Assembly (NCBI GenBank): GCA_964057225.1
Contig: OZ059897.1
Span: 3,658,001-3,722,000 of the forward strand
Direction: 5' to 3'
DNA from: Auanema rhodensis
Lineage: Eukaryota > Animalia > Nematoda
Length of the DNA: 64,000 bases
Part shown: positions 11,584 through 25,267 of the stretch, in pieces
Position numbering within the stretch: the stretch's first letter is position 1
Layout: every line of letters begins with the position of its first letter
Notes under the pieces: generated by a model
What the model was told of the DNA's origin: nothing
Seen by the model: only the letters and a program-made list of their open reading frames with translations
Databases searched by the model: none
Translations under genes and position numbers: made by a program

Positions 11584-14500
11584 AAATAGCGTTTCTCAAT
11601 GTAGTATAGTGCATTCGATGCGGATTTTTAAGCTGCGTGGATCTGTGTTATCAGATTTGAGTTAGCTTAAAAATGCACCGAGATATAAACTGATATATGT
11701 TCACACTTATATCCTCGATTTTCACCCTGAAGAAATGATTTTTTCGTTGAATAACATTGTCCATCGTCTTCGTCTTGAAAAAAGGAATCTAAAAACATCT
11801 ACTTTTTGTGAAATTATTTAGAAATTTTTCGGGAAAATTTTTGTCAAAATGTTTTTGGAAGCAATGTTGAGTGTACATGGGAACTCAACATACACTAATG
11901 CATTATTTTTCAAACGATCATAACTAATTCTTGTATAGAGCGTTTCTCAATGTAGTATAGTGCATTCGATGCGGATTTTTAAGCTACGTTGATCTGTGTT
12001 ATCAGATTTGAGTTAGCTTAAAAATGCACCGAGATATCAACTGATATATGTTCACACTTATATCCTCGATTTTCACCCTGAAGAAATGATTTTTTCGTTG
12101 AATAACATTGTCCATCTTCTTCGTCTTGAAAAAAGGAATCTAAAAACATCTACTTTTTGTGAAATTATTTAGAAATTTTTCGGGAAAATTTTTGTCAAAA
12201 TGTTTTTGGAAGCAATGTTGAGTGTACATGGGAACTCAACATACACTAATGCATTATTTTTCAAACGATCATAACTAATTTTTGTATAGAGCGTTTCTCA
12301 ATGTGGTATAGTGCATTCGATGCGGATTTTTAAGCTGCGTTGATCTGTGTTATCAGATTTGAGTTAACTTAAAAATGCACCGAGATATCAACTGATATAT
12401 GTTCACACTTATATCCTCCATTTTCACCCTGAAGAGATGATTTTTTCGTTGAATAACATTGTCCATCGTCTTCGTCTTGAAAAAAGGAATCTAGAAACAC
12501 CTACTTTTTGTGAAATTATTCAGAAATTTTTCGGGAAAATTTTTGTCAAAATGTTTTTGGAAGCAATGTTGAGTGTACATGGGAACTCAACATACACTAA
12601 TGCATTATTTTTCAAACGATCATAACTAATTTTTGTAAATAGCGTTTCTCAATGTAGTATAGTGCATTCGATGCGGATTTTTAAGCTGCGTGGATCTGTG
12701 TTATCAGATTTGAGTTAGCTTAAAAATGCACCGAGATATCAACTGATATATGTTCACACTTATATCCTCGATTTTCACCCTGAAGAAATGATTTTTTCGT
12801 TGAATAACATTGTCCATCGTCTTCGTCTTGAAAAAAGGAATCTAAAAACATCTACTTTTTGTGAAATTATTTAGAAATTTTTCGGGAAAATTTTTGTCAA
12901 AATGTTTTTGGAAGCAATGTTGAGTGTACATGGGAACTCAACATACACTAATGCATTATTTTTCAAACGATCATAACTAATTCTTGTATAGAGCGTTTCT
13001 CAATGTAGTATAGTGCATTCGATGCGGATTTTTAAGCTACGTTGATCTGTGTTATCAGATTTGAGTTAGCTTAAAAATGCACCGAGATATCAACTGATAT
13101 ATGTTCACACTCATATCCTCGATTATCACCCTGAAGAATTGATTTTTTCGTTGAAAAACTATGTCCATCGTATTTTTCTTGAAAAAAGGAATCTAAAAAC
13201 ACCTACTTTTTGTGAAATTATTCAGAAATTTTTCGGGAAAATTTTTGTCAAAATGTTTTTGGAAGCAATGTTGAGTGTACATGGGAACTCAACATACACT
13301 AATGCATTATTTTTCAAACGATCATAACTAATTCTTGTATAGAGCGTTTCTCAATGTAGTATAGTGCATTCGATGCGGATTTTTAAGCTACGTTGATCTG
13401 TGTTATCAGATTTGAGTTAGCTTAAAAATGCACCGAGATATCAACTGATATATGTTCACACTTATATCCTCGATTTTCACCCTGAAGAAATGATTTTTTC
13501 GTTGAATAACATTGTCCATCGTCTTCGTCTTGAAAAAAGGAATCTAAAAACATCTACTTTTTGTGAAATTATTCAGAAATTTTTCGGGAAAATTTTTGTC
13601 AAAATGTTTTTGGAAGCAATGTTGAGTGTACATGGGAACTCAACATACACTAATGCATTATTTTTCAAACGATCATAACTAATTTTTGTAAATAGCGTTT
13701 CTCAATGTAGTATAGTGCATTCGATGCGGATTTTTAAGCTGCGTGGATCTGTGTTATCAGATTTGAGTTAGCTTAAAAATGCACCGAGATATAAACTGAT
13801 ATATGTTCACACTTATATCCTCGATTTTCACCCTGAAGAAATGATTTTTTCGTTGAATAACATTGTCCATCGTCTTCGTCTTGAAAAAAGGAATCTAAAA
13901 ACATCTACTTTTTGTGAAATTATTTAGAAATTTTTCGGGAAAATTTTTGTCAAAATGTTTTTGGAAGCAATGTTGAGTGTACATGGGAACTCAACATACA
14001 CTAATGCATTATTTTTCAAACGATCATAACTAATTCTTGTATAGAGCGTTTCTCAATGTAGTATAGTGCATTCGATGCGGATTTTTAAGCTACGTTGATC
14101 TGTGTTATCAGATTTGAGTTAGCTTAAAAATGCACCGAGATATCAACTGATATATGTTCACACTTATATCCTCGATTTTCACCCTGAAGAAATGATTTTT
14201 TCGTTGAATAACATTGTCCATCTTCTTCGTCTTGAAAAAAGGAATCTAAAAACATCTACTTTTTGTGAAATTATTTAGAAATTTTTCGGGAAAATTTTTG
14301 TCAAAATGTTTTTGGAAGCAATGTTGAGTGTACATGGGAACTCAACATACACTAATGCATTATTTTTCAAACGATCATAACTAATTTTTGTATAGAGCGT
14401 TTCTCAATGTGGTATAGTGCATTCGATGCGGATTTTTAAGCTGCGTTGATCTGTGTTATCAGATTTGAGTTAACTTAAAAATGCACCGAGATATCAACTG

Positions 14501-17500
14501 ATATATGTTCACACTTATATCCTCCATTTTCACCCTGAAGAGATGATTTTTTCGTTGAATAACATTGTCCATCGTCTTCGTCTTGAAAAAAGGAATCTAG
14601 AAACACCTACTTTTTGTGAAATTATTCAGAAATTTTTCGGGAAAATTTTTGTCAAAATGTTTTTGGAAGCAATGTTGAGTGTACATGGGAACTCAACATA
14701 CACTAATGCATTATTTTTCAAACGATCATAACTAATTTTTGTAAATAGCGTTTCTCAATGTAGTATAGTGCATTCGATGCGGATTTTTAAGCTGCGTGGA
14801 TCTGTGTTATCAGATTTGAGTTAGCTTAAAAATGCACCGAGATATCAACTGATATATGTTCACACTTATATCCTCGATTTTCACCCTGAAGAAATGATTT
14901 TTTCGTTGAATAACATTGTCCATCGTCTTCGTCTTGAAAAAAGGAATCTAAAAACATCTACTTTTTGTGAAATTATTTAGAAATTTTTCGGGAAAATTTT
15001 TGTCAAAATGTTTTTGGAAGCAATGTTGAGTGTACATGGGAACTCAACATACACTAATGCATTATTTTTCAAACGATCATAACTAATTCTTGTATAGAGC
15101 GTTTCTCAATGTAGTATAGTGCATTCGATGCGGATTTTTAAGCTACGTTGATCTGTGTTATCAGATTTGAGTTAGCTTAAAAATGCACCGAGATATCAAC
15201 TGATATATGTTCACACTCATATCCTCGATTATCACCCTGAAGAATTGATTTTTTCGTTGAAAAACTATGTCCATCGTATTTTTCTTGAAAAAAGGAATCT
15301 AAAAACACCTACTTTTTGTGAAATTATTCAGAAATTTTTCGGGAAAATTTTTGTCAAAATGTTTTTGGAAGCAATGTTGAGTGTACATGGGAACTCAACA
15401 TACACTAATGCATTATTTTTCAAACGATCATAACTAATTCTTGTATAGAGCGTTTCTCAATGTAGTATAGTGCATTCGATGCGGATTTTTAAGCTACGTT
15501 GATCTGTGTTATCAGATTTGAGTTAGCTTAAAAATGCACCGAGATATCAACTGATATATGTTCACACTTATATCCTCGATTTTCACCCTGAAGAGATGAT
15601 TTTTTCGTTGAATAACATTGTCCATCGTCTTCGTCTTGAAAAAAGGAATCTAAAAACATCTACTTTTTGTGAAATTATTTAGAAATTTTTCGGGAAAATT
15701 TTTGTCAAAATGTTTTTGGAAGCAATGTTGAGTGTACATGGGAACTCAACATACACTAATGCATTATTTTTCAAACGATCATAACTAATTCTTGTATAGA
15801 GCGTTTCTCAATGTAGTATAGTGCATTCGATGCGGATTTTTAAGCTGCGTTGATCTGTGTTATCAGATTTGAGTTAACTTAAAAATGCACCGAGATATCA
15901 ACTGATATATGTTCACACTCATATCCTCGATTATCACCCTGAAGAATTGATTTTTTCGTTGAAAAACTATGTCCATCGTATTTTTCTTGAAAAAAGGAAT
16001 CTAAAAACACCTACTTTTTGTGAAATTATTCAGAAATTTTTCGGGAAAATTTTTGTCAAAATGTTTTTGGAAGCAATGTTGAGTGTACATGGGAACTCAA
16101 CATACACTAATGCATTATTTTTCAAACGATCATAACTAATTTTTGTAAATAGCGTTTCTCAATGTAGTATAGTGCATTCGATGCGGATTTTTAAGCTGCG
16201 TGGATCTGTGTTATCAGATTTGAGTTAGCTTAAAAATGCACCGAGATATCAACTGATATATGTTCACACTTATATCCTCGATTTTCACCCTGAAGAAATG
16301 ATTTTTTCGTTGAATAACATTGTCCATCGTCTTCGTCTTGAAAAAAGGAATCTAAAAACATCTACTTTTTGTGAAATTATTTAGAAATTTTTCGGGAAAA
16401 TTTTTGTCAAAATGTTTTTGGAAGCAATGTTGAGTGTACATGGGAACTCAACATACACTAATGCATTATTTTTCAAACGATCATAACTAATTCTTGTATA
16501 GAGCGTTTCTCAATGTAGTATAGTGCATTCGATGCGGATTTTTAAGCTACGTTGATCTGTGTTATCAGATTTGAGTTAGCTTAAAAATGCACCGAGATAT
16601 CAACTGATATATGTTCACACTTATATCCTCGATTTTCACCCTGAAGAAATGATTTTTTCGTTGAATAACATTGTCCATCTTCTTCGTCTTGAAAAAAGGA
16701 ATCTAAAAACATCTACTTTTTGTGAAATTATTTAGAAATTTTTCGGGAAAATTTTTGTCAAAATGTTTTTGGAAGCAATGTTGAGTGTACATGGGAACTC
16801 AACATACACTAATGCATTATTTTTCAAACGATCATAACTAATTTTTGTAAATAGCGTTTCTCAATGTAGTATAGTGCATTCGATGCGGATTTTTAAGCTG
16901 CGTGGATCTGTGTTATCAGATTTGAGTTAGCTTAAAAATGCACCGAGATATCAACTGATATATGTTCACACTTATATCCTCGATTTTCACCCTGAAGAAA
17001 TGATTTTTTCGTTGAATAACATTGTCCATCGTCTTCGTCTTGAAAAAAGGAATCTAAAAACATCTACTTTTTGTGAAATTATTTAGAAATTTTTCGGGAA
17101 AATTTTTGTCAAAATGTTTTTGGAAGCAATGTTGAGTGTACATGGGAACTCAACATACACTAATGCATTATTTTTCAAACGATCATAACTAATTCTTGTA
17201 TAGAGCGTTTCTCAATGTAGTATAGTGCATTCGATGCGGATTTTTAAGCTACGTTGATCTGTGTTATCAGATTTGAGTTAGCTTAAAAATGCACCGAGAT
17301 ATCAACTGATATATGTTCACACTCATATCCTCGATTATCACCCTGAAGAATTGATTTTTTCGTTGAAAAACTATGTCCATCGTATTTTTCTTGAAAAAAG
17401 GAATCTAAAAACACCTACTTTTTGTGAAATTATTCAGAAATTTTTCGGGAAAATTTTTGTCAAAATGTTTTTGGAAGCAATGTTGAGTGTACATGGGAAC

Positions 17501-18954
17501 TCAACATACACTAATGCATTATTTTTCAAACGATCATAACTAATTCTTGTATAGAGCGTTTCTCAATGTAGTATAGTGCATTCGATGCGGATTTTTAAGC
17601 TACGTTGATCTGTGTTATCAGATTTGAGTTAGCTTAAAAATGCACCGAGATATCAACTGATATATGTTCACACTTATATCCTCGATTTTCACCCTGAAGA
17701 GATGATTTTTTCGTTGAATAACATTGTCCATCGTCTTCGTCTTGAAAAAAGGAATCTAAAAACATCTACTTTTTGTGAAATTATTTAGAAATTTTTCGGG
17801 AAAATTTTTGTCAAAATGTTTTTGGAAGCAATGTTGAGTGTACATGGGAACTCAACATACACTAATGCATTATTTTTCAAACGATCATAACTAATTCTTG
17901 TATAGAGCGTTTCTCAATGTAGTATAGTGCATTCGATGCGGATTTTTAAGCTGCGTTGATCTGTGTTATCAGATTTGAGTTAACTTAAAAATGCACCGAG
18001 ATATCAACTGATATATGTTCACACTCATATCCTCGATTATCACCCTGAAGAATTGATTTTTTCGTTGAAAAACTATGTCCATCGTATTTTTCTTGAAAAA
18101 AGGAATCTAAAAACACCTACTTTTTGTGAAATTATTCAGAAATTTTTCCGGAAAATTTTTGTCAAAATGTTTTTGGAAGCAATGTTGAGTGTACATGGGA
18201 ACTCAACATACACTAATGCATTATTTTTCAAACGATCATAACTAATTTTTGTAAATAGCGTTTCTCAATGTAGTATAGTGCATTCGATGCGGATTTTTAA
18301 GCTGCGTGGATCTGTGTTATCAGATTTGAGTTAGCTTAAAAATGCACCGAGATATCAACTGATATATGTTCACACTTATATCCTCGATTTTCACCCTGAA
18401 GAAATGATTTTTTCGTTGAATAACATTGTCCATCGTCTTCGTCTTGAAAAAAGGAATCTAAAAACATCTACTTTTTGTGAAATTATTTAGAAATTTTTCG
18501 GGAAAATTTTTGTCAAAATGTTTTTGGAAGCAATGTTGAGTGTACATGGGAACTCAACATACACTAATGCATTATTTTTCAAACGATCATAACTAATTCT
18601 TGTATAGAGCGTTTCTCAATGTAGTATAGTGCATTCGATGCGGATTTTTAAGCTACGTTGATCTGTGTTATCAGATTTGAGTTAGCTTAAAAATGCACCG
18701 AGATATCAACTGATATATGTTCACACTTATATCCTCGATTTTCACCCTGAAGAAATGATTTTTTCGTTGAATAACATTGTCCATCTTCTTCGTCTTGAAA
18801 AAAGGAATCTAAAAACATCTACTTTTTGTGAAATTATTTAGAAATTTTTCGGGAAAATTTTTGTCAAAATGTTTTTGGAAGCAATGTTGAGTGTACATGG
18901 GAACTCAACATACACTAATGCATTATTTTTCAAACGATCATAACTAATTTTTGT
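11584..18954 (+). repeat. Two overlapping 6-monomer (2106 bp) duplications
   Basis: ORF pairs 12437/14543, 13139/15245/17351 and 15947/18053 are all 2106 bp apart. Markers gatataaac (~11686, ~13792) and ctcca/ctagaa (monomers 12286, 14392) follow the same spacing. Confidence 0.88.
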
Positions 18955-19656
18955 ATAGAGCGTTTCTCAATGTGGTATAGTGCATTCGATGCGGATTTTT
19001 AAGCTGCGTTGATCTGTGTTATCAGATTTGAGTTAACTTAAAAATGCACCGAGATATCAACTGATATATGTTCACACTTATATCCTCCATTTTCACCCTG
19101 AAGAGATGATTTTTTCGTTGAATAACATTGTCCATCGTCTTCGTCTTGAAAAAAGGAATCTAAAAACACCTACTTTTTGTGAAATTATTCAGAAATTTTT
19201 CGGGAAAATTTTTGTCAAAATGTTTTTGGAAGCAATGTTGAGTGTACATGGGAACTCAACATACACTAATGCATTATTTTTCAAACAATCATAACTAATT
19301 TTTGTATAGAGCGTTTCTCAATGTAGTATAGTGCATTCGATGCGGATTTTTAAGCTGCTTTGATCTGTGTTATCAGATTTGAGTTAACTTAAAAATGCAC
19401 CGAGATATCAACTGATATAGGTTCACACTTATATCCTCGATTTTCACCCTGAAGAAATGATTTTTTCGTTGAAAAACATTGTCCATCGTATTCGTCTTGA
19501 AAAAAGGAATCTAAAAACATCTACTTTTTGTGAAATTATTTAGAAATTGTTCGGGAAAATTTTTGTCAAAATGTTTTTGGAAGCAATGTTGAGTGTACAT
19601 GGGAACTCAACATACACTAATGCATTATTTTTCAAACGATCATAACTAATTTTTGT

Positions 19657-22462
19657 ATAGAGCGTTTCTCAATGTAGTATAGTGCATTCGATGCGGATTT
19701 TTAAGCTGCGTTGATCTGTGTTATCAGATTTGAGTTAACTTAAAAATGCACCGAGATATCAACTGATATAGGTTCACACATATATCCTCGATTTTCACCC
19801 TGAAGAAATGATTTTTCCGTTGAAAAACATTGTCCATCGTCTTCGTCTTGAAAAAAGGAATCTAAAAACATCTACTTTTTGTGAAATTATTCAGAAATTT
19901 TCCGGGAAAATTTTTGTCAAAATGTTTTTGGAAGCAATGTTGAGTGTACATGGGAACTCAACATACACTAATGCATTATTTTTCAAACGATCATAACTAA
20001 TTTTTGTATAGAGCGTTTTTTAATGTAGTATAATGCATTCGATGCGGATTTTTAAGCTGCGTTGATCTGTGTTATCAGATTTGAGTTAGCTTGAAAATGC
20101 ACCGAGATATCAACTGATATATGTTCACACTTATATCCTCGATTTTCACCCTGAAGAAATGATTTTTTCGTTGAATAACATTGTCCATCGTCTTCGTCTT
20201 GAAAAAAGGAATCTAAAAACATCTACTTTTTGTGAAATTATTTAGAAATTTTTCGGGAAAATTTTTGTCAAAATGTTTTTGGAAGCAATGTTGAGTGTAC
20301 ATGGGAACTCAACATACACTAATGCATTATTTTTCAAACGATCATAACTAATTTTTGTATAGAGCGTTTTTTAATGTAGTATAATGCATTCGATGCGGAT
20401 TTTTAAGCTGCGTTGATCTGTGTTATCAGATTTGAGTTAGCTTAAAAATGCACCGAGATATCAACTGATATATGTTCACACTCATATCCTCGATTATCAC
20501 CCTGAAGAATTGATTTTTTCGTTGAAAAACATTGTCCATCGTATTTTTCTTGAAAAAAGGAATCTAAAAACATCTACTTTTTGTGAAATTATTTAGAAAT
20601 TTTTCGGGAAAATTTTTGTCAAAATGTTTTTGGAAGCAATGTTGAGTGTACATGGGAACTCAACATACACTAATGCATTATTTTTCAAACGATCATAACT
20701 AATTTTTGTATAGAGCGTTTCTCAACGTAGTATAGTGCATTCGATGCGGATTTTTAAGCTGCTTTGATCTGTGTTATCAGATTTGAGTTAACTTAAAAAT
20801 GCACCGAGATATCAACTGATATAGGTTCACACTTATATCCTCGATTTTCACCCTGAAGAGATGATTTTTTCGTTGAATAACATTGTCCATCGTCTTCGTC
20901 TTGAAAAAAGGAATCTAAAAACATCTACTTTTGTGAAATTATTTAGAAATTTTTCGGGAAAATTTTTGTCAAAATGTTTTTGGAAGCAATGTTGAGTGTA
21001 CATGGGAACTCAACATACACTAATGCATTATTTTTCAAACGATCATAACTAATTTTTGTATAGAGCGTTTCTCAATGTAGTATAGTGCATTCGATGCGGA
21101 TTTTTAAGCTGCGTTGATCTGTGTTATCAGATTTGAGTTAACTTAAAAATGCACCGAGATATCAACTGATATAGGTTCACACATATATCCTCGATTTTCA
21201 CCCTGAAGAAATGATTTTTCCGTTGAAAAACATTGTCCATCGTCTTCGTCTTGAAAAAAGGAATCTAAAAACATCTACTTTTTGTGAAATTATTCAGAAA
21301 TTTTCCGGGAAAATTTTTGTCAAAATGTTTTTGGAAGCAATGTTGAGTGTACATGGGAACTCAACATACACTAATGCATTATTTTTCAAACGATCATAAC
21401 TAATTTTTGTATAGAGCGTTTTTTAATGTAGTATAATGCATTCGATGCGGATTTTTAAGCTGCGTTGATCTGTGTTATCAGATTTGAGTTAGCTTGAAAA
21501 TGCACCGAGATATCAACTGATATATGTTCACACTTATATCCTCGATTTTCACCCTGAAGAAATGATTTTTTCGTTGAATAACATTGTCCATCGTCTTCGT
21601 CTTGAAAAAAGGAATCTAAAAACATCTACTTTTTGTGAAATTATTTAGAAATTTTTCGGGAAAATTTTTGTCAAAATGTTTTTGGAAGCAATGTTGAGTG
21701 TACATGGGAACTCAACATACACTAATGCATTATTTTTCAAACGATCATAACTAATTTTTGTATAGAGCGTTTTTTAATGTAGTATAATGCATTCGATGCG
21801 GATTTTTAAGCTGCGTTGATCTGTGTTATCAGATTTGAGTTAGCTTAAAAATGCACCGAGATATCAACTGATATATGTTCACACTCATATCCTCGATTAT
21901 CACCCTGAAGAATTGATTTTTTCGTTGAAAAACATTGTCCATCGTATTTTTCTTGAAAAAAGGAATCTAAAAACATCTACTTTTTGTGAAATTATTTAGA
22001 AATTTTTCGGGAAAATTTTTGTCAAAATGTTTTTGGAAGCAATGTTGAGTGTACATGGGAACTCAACATACACTAATGCATTATTTTTCAAACGATCATA
22101 ACTAATTTTTGTATAGAGCGTTTCTCAACGTAGTATAGTGCATTCGATGCGGATTTTTAAGCTGCTTTGATCTGTGTTATCAGATTTGAGTTAACTTAAA
22201 AATGCACCGAGATATCAACTGATATAGGTTCACACTTATATCCTCGATTTTCACCCTGAAGAGATGATTTTTTCGTTGAATAACATTGTCCATCGTCTTC
22301 GTCTTGAAAAAAGGAATCTAAAAACATCTACTTTTGTGAAATTATTTAGAAATTTTTCGGGAAAATTTTTGTCAAAATGTTTTTGGAAGCAATGTTGAGT
22401 GTACATGGGAACTCAACATACACTAATGCATTATTTTTCAAACGATCATAACTAATTTTTGT
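19657..22462 (+). repeat. 4-monomer duplication (1403 bp, includes one 350-bp monomer)
   Basis: ORFs 19808 and 21211 are 1403 bp apart. Markers ttccggg, gcttgaaaa, caacgt and the T5->T4 deletion repeat in order. Confidence 0.9.
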
Positions 22463-25267
22463 ATAGAGCGTTTCTCAATGTGGTATAGTGCATTCGATGC
22501 GGATTTTTAAGCTGCGTTGATCTGTGTTATCAGATTTGAGTTAACTTAAAAATGCACCGAGATATCAACTGATATATGTTCACACTTATATCCTCGATTT
22601 TCACCCTGAAGAGATGATTTTTTCGTTGAATAACATTGTCCATCGTCTTCGTCTTGAAAAAAGGAATCTAAAAACATCTACTTTTGTGAAATTATTTAGA
22701 AATTTTTCGGGAAAATTTTTGTCAAAATGTTTTTGGAAGCAATGTTGAGTGTACATGAGAACTCAACATACACTAATGCATTATTTTTCAAACGATCATA
22801 ACTAATTCTTGTATAGAGCGTTTCTCAATGTAGTATAGTGCATTCGATGCGGATTTTTAAGCTACGTTGATCTGTGTTATCAGATTTGAGTTAGCTTAAA
22901 AATGCACCGAGATATCAACTGATATATGTTCACACTTATATCCTCGATTTTCACCCTGAAGAAATGATTTTTTCGTTGAATAACATTGTCCATCTTCTTC
23001 GTCTTGAAAAAAGGAATCTAAAAACATCTACTTTTTGTGAAATTATTTAGAAATTTTTCGGGAAAATTTTTGTCAAAATGTTTTTGGAAGCAATGTTGAG
23101 TGTACATGGGAACTCAACATACACTAATGCATTATTTTTCAAACGATCATAACTAATTTTTGTATAGAGCGTTTCTCAACGTAGTATAGTGCATTCGATG
23201 CGGATTTTTAAGCTGCTTTGATCTGTGTTATCAGATTTGAGTTAGCTTAAAAATGCACCGAGATATCAACTGATATATGTTCACACTCATATCCTCGATT
23301 ATCACCCTGAAGAATTGATTTTTTCGTTGAAAAACATTGTCCATCGTATTTTTCTTGAAAAAAGGAATCTAAAAACATCTACTTTTTGTGAAATTATTCA
23401 GAAATTTTCCGGGAAAATTTTTGTCAAAATGTTTTTGGAAGCAATGTTGAGTGTACATGGGAACTCAACATACACTAATGCATTATTTTTCAAACGATCA
23501 TAACTAATTTTTGTATAGAGCGTTTTTTAATGTAGTATAATGCATTCGATGCGGATTTTTAAGCTGCGTTGATCTGTGTTATCAGATTTGAGTTAGCTTG
23601 AAAATGCACCGAGATATCAACTGATATATGTTCACACTTATATCCTCGATTTTCACCCTGAAGAAATGATTTTTTCGTTGAATAACATTGTCCATCGTCT
23701 TCGTCTTGAAAAAAGGAATCTAAAAACATCTACTTTTTGTGAAATTATTTAGAAATTTTTCGGGAAAATTTTTGTCAAAATGTTTTTGGAAGCAATGTTG
23801 AGTGTACATGGGAACTCAACATACACTAATGCATTATTTTTCAAACGATCATAACTAATTTTTGTATAGAGCGTTTTTTAATGTAGTATAATGCATTCGA
23901 TGCGGATTTTTAAGCTGCGTTGATCTGTGTTATCAGATTTGAGTTAGCTTAAAAATGCACCGAGATATCAACTGATATATGTTCACACTCATATCCTCGA
24001 TTATCACCCTGAAGAATTGATTTTTTCGTTGAAAAACATTGTCCATCGTATTTTTCTTGAAAAAAGGAATCTAAAAACATCTACTTTTTGTGAAATTATT
24101 TAGAAATTTTTCGGGAAAATTTTTGTCAAAATGTTTTTGGAAGCAATGTTGAGTGTACATGGGAACTCAACATACACTAATGCATTATTTTTCAAACGAT
24201 CATAACTAATTTTTGTATAGAGCGTTTCTCAACGTAGTATAGTGCATTCGATGCGGATTTTTAAGCTGCTTTGATCTGTGTTATCAGATTTGAGTTAACT
24301 TAAAAATGCACCGAGATATCAACTGATATAGGTTCACACTTATATCCTCGATTTTCACCCTGAAGAGATGATTTTTTCGTTGAATAACATTGTCCATCGT
24401 CTTCGTCTTGAAAAAAGGAATCTAAAAACATCTACTTTTGTGAAATTATTTAGAAATTTTTCGGGAAAATTTTTGTCAAAATGTTTTTGGAAGCAATGTT
24501 GAGTGTACATGGGAACTCAACATACACTAATGCATTATTTTTCAAACGATCATAACTAATTTTTGTATAGAGCGTTTCTCAATGTGGTATAGTGCATTCG
24601 ATGCGGATTTTTAAGCTGCGTTGATCTGTGTTATCAGATTTGAGTTAACTTAAAAATGCACCGAGATATCAACTGATATATGTTCACACTTATATCCTCG
24701 ATTTTCACCCTGAAGAGATGATTTTTTCGTTGAATAACATTGTCCATCGTCTTCGTCTTGAAAAAAGGAATCTAAAAACATCTACTTTTGTGAAATTATT
24801 TAGAAATTTTTCGGGAAAATTTTTGTCAAAATGTTTTTGGAAGCAATGTTGAGTGTACATGAGAACTCAACATACACTAATGCATTATTTTTCAAACGAT
24901 CATAACTAATTCTTGTATAGAGCGTTTCTCAATGTAGTATAGTGCATTCGATGCGGATTTTTAAGCTACGTTGATCTGTGTTATCAGATTTGAGTTAGCT
25001 TAAAAATGCACCGAGATATCAACTGATATATGTTCACACTTATATCCTCGATTTTCACCCTGAAGAAATGATTTTTTCGTTGAATAACATTGTCCATCTT
25101 CTTCGTCTTGAAAAAAGGAATCTAAAAACATCTACTTTTTGTGAAATTATTTAGAAATTTTTCGGGAAAATTTTTGTCAAAATGTTTTTGGAAGCAATGT
25201 TGAGTGTACATGGGAACTCAACATACACTAATGCATTATTTTTCAAACGATCATAACTAATTTTTGT
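21300..25267 (+). repeat. 6-monomer duplication (2104 bp, includes two 350-bp monomers)
   Basis: ttccggg at ~21303 and ~23407; catgagaa at ~22758 and ~24862; paired T-deletion monomers at 22113/22463 and 24217/24567. Confidence 0.87.
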
